Positions 38,644 to 49,240 of a stretch of DNA of 64,000 nucleotides are shown here, in pieces. Under the pieces are notes generated by a model. It saw only the letters and a program-made list of their open reading frames with translations. It searched no databases and had not been told where the DNA came from. The DNA is taken from the NCBI RefSeq assembly GCF_052425735.1, contig NC_135768.1:62001-126000 (forward strand), in the 5' to 3' direction. This DNA comes from Oculina patagonica (lineage: Eukaryota). Position 1 is the first letter of the stretch. The number at the start of each line of letters is the position of its first letter. The position numbers were made by a program, and so were the translations under genes.

Positions 38644-41600
38644 ATGGCAATATTACCTGAGAAATATGCTTGTCTTTTTATTGGTAAGTACTGATTACTT
38701 GAAAGTTGGTTCACGTTGATGTTTTGCGAGCGGCGTCATTTACAGACGATCGCCAAACTCTCGGTTTGTATTGGGTCCGGTATAAATTAAACATTCCGTG
38801 AACTTCAAGCGAACCCAGCGAACTTACGTTAATTCCTCCCTTATAAAGTTTCTCGGTTATTTAGTCATTTGTAAAGAAACACAATGAAGTAATCATCAGT
38901 GTTAAAAGGTTTCCCATAAGAGCGAGTCGCTATGATGTCGAAGATCAAGCTAGATCGCCCTTCTGTATAAATGCTTTCAGCCTTCACAAAGTGCCAGAGC
39001 TCAGATGTATTGTTTAGCCTTGTGTTTAGCAGTGTTCCGCGAGGGCGTTTTCGCTTGAAAGGCTTTATTTTAATGTAACCATCAAGGATTGTGTTAAACT
39101 ATTCCATGAATATTTCGCAGTTGCATACAGATTTTATTTCGAAATCGTAAGTTATCGAGCGAAGCTTGCATGCATAGTGAACTAATTAGAGTGGACGTTG
39201 TTGTACACAATATCGGAGAGAAATTTTGAAGACAATATACTGATATTCTTTTATGTCGACATTTTCTACGTTACAAAAGTTTTAATTCGTCGATCAGTGA
39301 TGGAATTTTGAACCCTGCTTAGCTTTTGGTCAGTTTGTGGTCTAGTTTGTGGCAAGAACAGATCACATGTTGCTATAAAATATTATGTACCTTCTTCCTA
39401 GGGGTGGGGGGGGGGGGGGTGGGGGTACCCAGCGACGGGGATGAATGAATGGGGGCAAGAATCAAGACCCCCCAAAATCCCCAAAGCTTCCAACAAATCT
39501 CAGAAAAATCCAAATTAAAACCCCTTCATGCTGAATTTCTGACCCTTAAATTTCCAGAAATGAGGAATGATATTACTACAGAAAAACACTAGAAATTGAA
39601 TGCTTATGTTTGTTTTTTCATCATACCATATGAATTTATCTTTCCCTTATCTTCTAGTCATTTTAATAATGCTAGAGACATCCAAGAACACCTCTGTTTC
39701 AACAAAAACATTATGGATGACTACTCTAAACAAGACCACTACCACAAATCTTTGACTGTTTTTAATACCCAAAAAATATCCTTACTTAAAACAAGCCACC
39801 CCCAAAGGATCATGTGTACTTACGGCACCCCCGATCGAGTGTCGATCAACACTAGCGATCGACCACGATCGACACTATCATCGACACTCGACCGACCCAC
39901 GCGGCACTCGATCGACACCGATCAACATATCGGTTGACCCGCGATCGACACACAGTTGACAGACTTTCATTTTCTTGACACTCTATCGCGACGAAGCGAC
40001 TACACTCGAGTGTCGAGTCGATCGGTACTTACGGTCGGTGTCGGTAGCGTGTGTCGTCTGTCGGTAGCGTGTCGGTCGTCTGTAGTGTTTCGTTGTTTCG
40101 GTGATCCAGTATCTCCTCAAAAGGGGGTCGATGAGTCGACGGTCGAGAAGCGATGGAGGGCCGTGACGATTTAACTCGGAAAATGGTTTGTCATTTCAGA
40201 GCTTTCGAAAGGCTAATGTTACTAGTTCGCTATGTTCCTGTAATACTAGACTTTCTAAAAGTCGTAGCATGTATTTTTCATCAACGAGGATACCTCCTTA
40301 CATTTCATACATCCTTCTTTCTTTCTTTCCTTCTTCTTTCTTCTTTTTTCTTAAATAAACATGCACCCGTTTTAGTTAAACAAAAACAAAAAAATACTTG
40401 ACCGCCGAACATTGTCGAGAGTTAAAACCTTCACCGATGTCACTTATCTTTTAAAATACTGCTTAAATTTATACAGGAGAGTCAAACTGTGTGTTTCGAT
40501 TAATATAAAATTCGAACTTTGCGACTCGTAAAACAAGACAACATTTGAGCACTTTTTAAGGAAAAACATTTTATAGTACATGAACAACAGCAACTTATTA
40601 TTTTTTATCTGTTTCGATAAATAGTTTGTGGAATGTTGATTATACACAGTAAAAGGTTTATTGCTTGTAAGCTTGTACAACTTAAAATTTAATATATACT
40701 ATTCAAATTTCATTGCTAATTACATTTTAACCCTTTAACTGGCAAATTTTCTCAAAAATGCCGTTTTTTAACCGTTAAATCAGTTTTTTGGTTACCATGC
40801 TCTTACATGTTCTTACATTTGCTGTAAAACCAATTTACTGAGGAGCTAGACTTTCTCAACGTTAAAGTACAAAATGTACACCATTACTCTGACGCATGCG
40901 TATAAGCCACAATTTGGACTTTTTGTTTTTGATTTTCATTTTTTTTCTTCTTGTCTTTTTCCTTTCTTTTTTCTCGTCCCTTTTATTCTCCCTTCCTTTT
41001 GAACTTCATATCCCTGACAGCCTTAAAATTTTGGTTGAAAGGATAATAGGCCATTTCCGAGTTACCCTTTGCCACTGTTTCAAAACGAGTCTAGGCGCGA
41101 AACAAAATAAAAATGAGTTTATTGCATGAAAATGGACCCGGACTCCCCCATGGGTTTTTTTGCGACGCAGTATAACAATTTAAATTTTTGCTCTAACCAG
41201 CATGTCTTGAGAGATTGCCTCTCTTATAAAATACCATCAGAGGCCTTGTGAATTATTTTCACAAGGCGATTTTATTAACTAGTTTCATATTTTAATTGGT
41301 CGCGAACACTGGGTTGTATGTGGTAGTTACAAAAGGCAGTATTTTTTTCTTTTTTTTAATTGTTTGCTGGAGCGCCGATCGACTTCTATTGGCGAAATTG
41401 ACTCCTGTTAGAGACCTCTTTATAAAGTTGTTTGGGTAGCCGCGCGCTTTAGGCGCAATTTGAAGTTAAAGAAGTTATCTTCAAATCTTTTTTTTTTTTT
41501 GAAGAGTTTGTTGCTTCGCCTTTAATAAAAAAATCCTCTTTTAACACCCAGTGGATGAACGTGGTAAAGTGAATTATTGGATTTTTTTCGGCTTATAGTG

Positions 41601-44600
41601 TGTCTTGATGTCAAGGATATATTCTTTTAAATCTATCTCCTTTATAAACTACTGTGTCCAGGATATTAAAAATAAGTTAATTCTTATAATTTTCAGCAGT
41701 AAATTTAATTGTGGGGTGGAGTTTTTGTTGTTTAATAAATTGACAAATGTCTTGTCGTTCATGACCCCAAAGGGATTATACAACGTCAAGTACAACCCGG
41801 TTCAATTGTCCACACTGATCAGTGGGCAGCATATCGCCAGATACAGAGACGACTGTTTACTTCACCGAAAGTCAATCATTCTCTGCATTTTGTTGACCCG
41901 GTCACTGGGGTACATACACAACACGCTGAAAGCAATTTATTGTCCACAGCGAAAGAAAAGTTCAAGAAAATGAAGGGAAATACAAACCCGAACTTTCTGA
42001 TAGAATACCTGCATGAATTTATGTGGAGGAGATGGTATGGCGATCCTCACCCAGATGGATGTTTTCAACGTCTTTTGCAAGATATTGCTGAGCAGAATCC
42101 CCTTTGAAAATAACGCTGACTGCATTCCGATTTAAGATATACCAAGAATCCCAGAAAATTGAATAGGTCTATAATAATTAGCTTAGACTATACTAGTCTT
42201 AGTTGATTTTCATCTTCTGATAGCGCGAGGAAGCTTTAAGTTACAACACACGTTACAAACCTCATTGATCCTTTATCGTTCGATTGATAAGCCGGAGAAA
42301 CCGGTTTCAACAGGTTTCTAAAGTTATGTGTGGTCTTGGGATTATAAACGAGAGTACCCAGGCGATGTTGGAGTTCGATTACATGTGCGACTATAATGCG
42401 TGTTACTAAAAACGGTTTGAAACTGATCAAAAAAATCTAAAAGTTAAAATGATGTTGTAAAAACTTATAAGAAGTTAAATTTTCGAAAAGTCTCTGTTGC
42501 TTTAGTCAGTATTTTTTTTTAAATCAGCCTGAGTTTCAAATTGTTTTAATAAAATGATTAATTTGATCGCCAGATAACACGACGACTCGATTGATTCAGT
42601 ATTTTTCGTCAGATGTTTGGTTCGATTGATTACGCGGGGGGTACTCTATGTCTTGTACGTTGAAAGTATTTTTTTTAACAGCAGCAATTTTCATTTCAAC
42701 GTTGTTCATCAGTTATTCTATTTAACAATTAGACTACGAGCCCAAAAAATTCACCCTTAAAAAAGCAACGCGAGCGCGATTGTTTCTATGTTGTTGCGAT
42801 TGTTTTCTACGTTTTTGTATGTGCGCAGGAAGAAAATCTAGTGGAGAACAAAAAGACAATACAGTGTCTGCCGGAACATCAGTCTGATAGTTGCCCCGGA
42901 TATGTTCTACAGATCCCCGAAGCCGCTCCGGGCAGAGTGCTGCAGATAACCGAAACGTGCCCTCCCTCCCTACTACTGATTCGAAAAAGAAAAAAAAACG
43001 CCTGATCGCAGGTTGGTCAGGAGCTACAGACAAAAAAAAAACAATTTAATGCATTAAGTGGGTTTCTTGTCTGGTTATGTTTATAAGCCCTCCCGGATAT
43101 AAACCCCTCCGCTATATAAGCCCACCCAAAACTCCTTGTATAAGCGCAGGGCATCCGGATTTTACGGTTGAGCTCGACTGCGTGGCGACCGCTATGACGA
43201 TGTATGGATATCAATCGACACCGACCGTGTGTCAGCAGAGCGCGATAGAGATCGACCGAGTATCGGCCGAGTGTCGACCGACTAGGAGGATACTATCGCC
43301 CGACCGAGCGGTCGACACTCGACCGACTATCGCCCGTTGTTGGTCGAGTGTCGATCTAGTACACTGAGAGGTGAGACTGTCGATCGCGGGCGACGCTGTG
43401 TCGATGACCCGTCGGGGGTGCCGTAAGTACACATGATCCCCCCCAAAAATAATGGCAAATTTTCCTCCAGAATAAAAAATTTTGTATTTCAAATATTTTC
43501 ACCAAAGGGGATAGAAAATTAGGTTTTTGTCTTTACTGCTGTCTACTCCTGCATGTTTTGCCATCAGAGTTTTGCTGAAATTTGATGTAGGCACCAGCTC
43601 AGTCAGCAAACTTATGCTCACAAAATGTTGAGGGCTAGCCTCCTACACAGATGTTCTTTTATCTGAGGGCTAACCTGGCATTGGATTGGTAGCACACTCT
43701 GCCAGAGTGTGACTTTACTATATCTCATTATACCTGTTTTTGATCATTATTCCTTTGTCATTTTTACACATTCCTAGTCTAACAATCATTAATATATTTA
43801 ACATCTTCTGTGTTTTTATTTAGATGCAACATTGAAAGACATTCTTACTGCCTTCAGCTATTCAACAACCAGAAACACCTCTCAAGAAAGAAAACTACTT
43901 CAAAGCAAACTTGAGGACTTGTTTGGTGGGTCTGAACAATGGCTTGCTGCTTTTTCAATCCGAACTGCTCTGGACGTCTTTCTGACTGTCATGAACTTTC
44001 CAGCTGGTTCAGAAGTAATTTTCACAGCAATAAATATTCCAGACATGGTGTCAGTAGTGGAAAGTCATGGACTAAAGGTTGTACCTGTTGACCTTGATCT
44101 CGACACGCTTGCACCTAAACCTGAACTTGTTGAACTTGCTGTAACTGACAAGACAGTAGCCATTGTAGCTGCTCACTTGTATGGCAAGTGGATCAATTTG
44201 GACAAAGTGTTCCAAGTAGCACGTGCACATGGGCTGTACGTATTGGAAGACTGTGCTGAATCATTTCAAGGCTTGAAAAGAAAAGGTCACAAACTCTCTG
44301 ACTTGACATTTTTTAGTTTTGGATCGATAAAGTACTATACATCTTTGGGTGGGGCAATGGTTAGAGTTAAGAATCCTGAAATTCTAAAGAAAATGAGAGC
44401 CAAGCTAGAAGAGTTTCCTGTTCAGAATCAATGGACCTACTTCAAGAAACTCACTTGCTATTCTTTGCTTATGATGGCTGGATTTAATAATTTTTTGACA
44501 AACTGGCTGTTTATAAATACTTTTCATCTACTGGGATTCAATTATAAAGAGTATTTCATTTCTCTCCTGCGCGCATTTCCCGGAGGTGTAACTCTTAATA

Positions 44601-46158
44601 AGCTTCGATATCGACCATCAGCCATGCTATTGAGGTTCATGCTCTACCGACTGAGAAGAGTGAGTAGCAAAGACTTCCGCACTGTCAAGTTGAAAGGAGA
44701 CTTTGTGAGCAGAAATCTACCAAGTAATGTGTTTGTTCCTGGCCAAAAAGCAGACATCAAAAGCTATTGGCTCTTTCCTTTGGTAGTGGTGAGTAGTAAT
44801 GGTAGTTGTAAAATTCATTAACTATTCATGAAGGTGCAAACCAATCCCAGCACAGTATTCAGATCACATGTACACAACTGTAAACCACAATACAAATCAA
44901 ACAATAGAATAAACTTTTGATAGGAACTCCTGCTCAGCTAATTAGTATTCATTAACTTTTGATACAGACATCTACCGATTTGCATTTCAATACTTTTCCT
45001 TTAATTTCCTTGTTTTCATTTCACAAGTAAAATAAAATATTTGTGTCCAATCTGTATGGCCGTTTACATTGGCTCGCCTATCGGCTCGCCATTGTAAACA
45101 CCCATACAGATCTCCCGCTTATATTTATCTACTACTAATGAATGACTCTTAAAAAGTTTGAATGTGAATCACTGACATTGATGGATTGACACTTGAAAAG
45201 CCTGTAAATCACTTGACTTAAGCACATGATTTCAGTGTTTTGTTATGTTCTTCTAGTGGGAGACATGCGGCCTAAAATAATATGGTTAGCGAGCTGGACT
45301 CTGGATGGAGCAGTTCAGGTTCAAGCCCTGGCCAGGGTCATTGTGTTGTGTTCTTGAAAAAAAAAAAAACAGTCTTGCACTCAAAATGTCTCCACCCAGG
45401 TGCATACAAATTAGTACATGTGAATTGAATTGTCCCATTCAAATGAAAATGCCAAAGATAAGTTCCATCCTGATCAGCCAGGAGGCTCAAGTGCAAAATT
45501 TTTTGTCTTCACCTTGTGTTCTTCTACCATCCCAATGTGGTTTATTGAACCAACAAAATAGAAATATGTGTGGTATACGGTATCTTTAATCAGTGCTTCA
45601 CCAATTTTTTTTCTCCTGTTACAGGACAACCCAGATGAAGTTGTAAAAGCACTGGAAAAAGAAGGTGTAGAGGCGTACAAAGGAGCAACACAACTTTCCA
45701 CTGTCTTCAGAACAAAGCAGAGTGCAGTAGACCAAGCAGATGAAGCCAAGACGAGGCAGGACATCAAAACAATGGAACCTATTTATTCTACATTGTTGCC
45801 TCAAGCAGAAGTTGGTGCTGCTATGGGAATGTCGTCTTCAGCTGGTGGCACAGCTAAAGCAAGTGGCTCCCCCAAGGCAAGAAATGTAAATGAAACACCA
45901 ACATCTGCAGAGTTCATGTGCTCTCCGCCCATCAGCACAACTGGAACGAATCATGCCTTTAGCAAGGAGAAGGATGACATTCTGTTTCCACACAACGCTA
46001 AATACTTGATAGATCATGTGTTGTATCTTCCTGTTCACAAGAGAGTTTCATTCTGGTATCTTGAACACATCTGTAATGCAGTTGAGAAAGTTATGAAAGA
46101 CAGAGTGGGTGTGAAAATTGCTGATTCCAGGAATGTCTTGTTTCAATCCAAGTTGTAG
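38644..46158 (+). CDS. DegT/DnrJ/EryC1/StrS-family PLP-dependent aminotransferase-like protein, 3 exons (38644-38683, 43824-44788, 45625-46158)
   Basis: In-frame joins MAILPEKYACLFID-ATLKDIL and ...WLFPLVV-DNPDEVV; motifs GSEVIFTAINIPDM, VPVDLD, AIVAAHLYG, VLEDCAES (PLP Asp), FFSFGSIKYYTSLGGA (PLP Lys), YWLFP, VLYLPVH. Confidence 0.88.
41150..41770 (-). mobile_element. Degraded Penelope-like retroelement fragment (end of RT to linker) nested in the Merlin element
   Basis: Frameshifted minus-strand peptides LHPTIKFTAE, LDTVVYKGDRFK, LDIKTHYKP, HPLGVKRGF/IKGEA, FKLRLKARGYPNNFI, ILPFVTTTYNP. Confidence 0.75.
41772..42107 (+). pseudogene. C-terminal half of a Merlin/ISXO2-like DDE transposase
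   Basis: One open frame lacking its start: IIQRQVQPGSIVHTDQWAAYRQI...KVNHSLHFVDPVTGVHTQHAES...KKMKG...EYLHEFMWRRWYG...LLQDIAEQNPL*. Confidence 0.88.
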
Positions 46159-46285
46159 ATTTGAACAGTTATGTACAGTGAAACCCCAATATACAGAAGT
46201 GCCTGCTGGTAAATGTGTTCATTATTAATGACGGTTCTTTTTACTGGGATTTTGTTTTCATACATTTTACGTATTACTGGGAACT

Positions 46286-46304
46286 TTTTATAAGGTTTTT
46301 TTTG

Positions 46305-46358
<54 letters not shown>
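46286..46358 (+). repeat. Long poly(T) tract 3' of the aminotransferase stop
   Basis: Uninterrupted T run from ~46306 to 46358. Confidence 0.9.
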
Positions 46359-46363
<5 letters not shown>

Positions 46364-47941
46364 TTTTGCTGTTTGTTTTTTGTGTGTGAGGAGTTGTTGA
46401 TTGTTATCATAGTCATGTCTGATGGCAGTGATAAAGTCATTAATAAATGTATGACTAGGTTTTGAACTTTGAACTTCAGAGTTTGTGTGTTACTGAAAAG
46501 TGGATACGTAGTCGGGGAATTTTATCCTTCATGGAACTATAAGTTCCTGTTTTCTCAAAAACATTAAGTTTTTGTTAATGCAAATTATGCAAAAAGCATG
46601 GACATGTTCTTAACTCCAGTTTAATATGGATAACAGTGGATGAAAAGCCACCCTGGACATGCCACTGCAAATTCCTTATTATTTTTTATTTTATTTTTTA
46701 GTCATCTCACATCTGATCAATCTTCCCTAAAGAGATGAAAACAACCTTCCACAGACAATATTATTTTTAGTACTGTAGTGCTGTTGCTCTTTTGATTTGC
46801 ATGGAAATTTTATTTAAGTTTTACTATATTAAGATGTGAATAATTCAAAGTAAAAATCTTGCATTAATGATGGCAAAATCTGTCTGTACCTCAAAACTGC
46901 TGTATTAAGTAAATTTTTTAATTTTTAAAGCCAAAACAAAGTATTAAATATATGGCTGTAATTTTAATTGTATCAGAAAATATTCTGGACAAATTGACAG
47001 TATTTACAGAGTATAAAAATGTGTATTTAAGGTATAAAATTATCTGGTAAGCATTAGCTTATACATTGCATGCAAATGTGAGATTCCAGTTGTTTATTTA
47101 TATCAGGGAAGAGTCAACTTTAGCAACTGGTATATTTTAATGGGCGGTTATTTTTAAGAATTGCCTCTCAGGGCTTATAGATTTCACTTTTGTGACAATC
47201 CCCCTACAAGGTTTTTAGAGAAAAATAGAGACTGTGTGCAGTCTGAATATCAAATTGTATACCTGGGTAATACCGGTAATTATTAAAACAAACTTCTACA
47301 TTAAGTATTGCCTATGACATAAAAATGTACTTTTGCAGGAGTGGCACACACTGCTGCTAATTTGTATTAATTGTATATCAATTCAGACGAAATTTAACAT
47401 AATTTCTAATGTATCATTAAAAGTGTTCGCACCATTGGTGTCATAGCACAGTGTAATGATAAAGATGATGACTCATTAAAACGTGTAAAAAAATAATTTA
47501 TTTAAAAATGGTCTGTTGTTTATTTTCTCTAGTAGGATTTTTTTCAAACCTAGCATGGGAACATGCTTTCAATTATCACATTTTGCACTATCTCTTCTGA
47601 TGGTTTCCTGTTCAACTGGTCAGCAACAGGGAGGAGGGAGGGCTCTGGGAATAGAACTGGATTGAAAGTTGTACTCATACTTCTGCCCAAAGGTCTCAAT
47701 ATTGTTCAGTTCAATCCCAAGTATCGTCCAGTCAAGATAAACATAGATTAGAGCCCAAACCTTAAGCCCGATTTTAGTCAGACTCTAGGTCCAAAGTTTG
47801 AGCATGGAAAGGATGGTTTTATAACATAGCTAGCAAAGCCGTGCAATCAAATTCAGTATACGGTAAGCGTGCACCATAATCAGTATCAGTGCCTCTCTCC
47901 ACCCACGGTCTGCAGGCTGTTCAAAACCCAATTAATGCTAG

Positions 47942-48851
47942 TCAAGAAAGGAATGTCAATTGACGTTTTTCAAAGCTAATTTCGAAGTCCATAAACAACA
48001 AGAGAAATTTTAATTCGGTTTCATCTAGTTTAAGGACTTCAAAATTAGTTGAAGTCAAAAATTTTTTCCAACAACTTTATTGCAAAAATAGAAGAGAATG
48101 CAAAAGGGTGTCGGCAGAGGGGAACATAACGGCTCACGTAGAGCCGACCCTAGACTTGCCACGAGTTGCCTAAAGAAAAAAAAAACCTCTACAAGATCTT
48201 AGTTACAAAACGGCAATCAAACTTAAGCCTGGTTTCCATATCATCGCAGACAATCTCAAAATCGCAGAAATTTACTGAACCGTGTGATCGCAAAGATCGT
48301 AGAGCGAACTGTTTCCTAATCCATATGATCGCAAAAGATCGCAGACGATCGCAGAAGTGGTGAATGATGGGATTGATTTATATCAATATCGCAAACGATC
48401 GCAGATGCGTGTTTCCATATGATCGCAGATCGCAGAACCTACAATTCTGCGATCGTCTCGATCCATTGGGGCGTCTGCGATCTATGGAAACCAGACTTTA
48501 ATGCAAATCCAATATTAGTCTAATCTGGGGAGGACTAGCATTTCGTCAGGGGTTGTAGCATAGTAACAGGCTGGTCTACTGACTACTTGTTAACTAAATA
48601 ACTAATCAAGAATGGAATGTCAATTGAAGTTTTTAAAACTAATTTCGAAGACCTTAAACAACAAGAGAAATTTTAATTTTTCTTTTAGTTTAAGGACTCC
48701 GAAATTAGTTGATGTCAAAACCGAAAGATCCAAGTTACAAAATGGCAATCAAACTTAACGCAAATCCAATATAATTAGTCCAACCTGGGGAGGGCTAGCA
48801 TTTCATCCAGGGGTTGCAGCATAGACAGGCTGGCCTACTGACTACTTGTTT
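47942..48851 (+). repeat. Diverged tandem duplication (copy 1 ~47942-48592 with two insertions; copy 2 ~48606-48851)
   Basis: tcaagaa.ggaatgtcaattga...aaacaacaagagaaattttaatt...ggcaatcaaactta...caggctgg.ctactgactacttgtt present twice. Confidence 0.85.
48226..48497. mobile_element. PIF/Harbinger-like MITE, TTA TSD
   Basis: TTA|AGCCTGGTTTCCATA ... TATGGAAACCAGACT|TTA; empty site caaacTTAacgcaaatcc in the duplicate at ~48750. Confidence 0.9.
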
Positions 48852-49240
48852 ACAACGTTAAATTTATTGAAATAGGAACAGTCAAGCATTAGGATATAAT
48901 ACAAAACTTTATTATACATTCAAGTAATAACAAGGTACCTCAACATTTTAAGGAGTCGAGGAAAAGTCGAGGAAACTCAGATTCAGATCCTTTCTATAAA
49001 CATCATCTTTAAAAAGTAAAATTCACTCTGTACAGACCAAAACTAATGTTAAATACAACACTGATGCAACGTACACCATTCATTTTAAAAGGTTTGGGTT
49101 TGGGTTTTTGACGACTGTCATTACAGCTAATGCATTGGCAATTTGTATCACTGTATTCCTCCTCAGTTGACTTTTTTTTGCAGCAGGGAAATAATTTACT
49201 TATTTACAAGCTTCCCATGCAATATGACCGTTATCTTGTG

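Larger units (their letters stand above)
39807..43439 (+). mobile_element. Merlin (IS1016/ISXO2-like) DNA transposon, defective, 8-bp TSD, in aminotransferase intron 1
   Basis: cccccaaa|GGATCATGTGTACTTACGGCACCCCCGA ... TCGGGGGTGCCGTAAGTACACATGATCC|cccccaaa; tcga-rich subterminal repeats; internal transposase remnant. Confidence 0.9.

Noticed and set aside
38644-46158. Bacterial contamination as the source of the aminotransferase
   Set aside because: Spliceosomal GT-AG introns, host-type repeats within the introns and contiguity with Hsp70 and CFAP65
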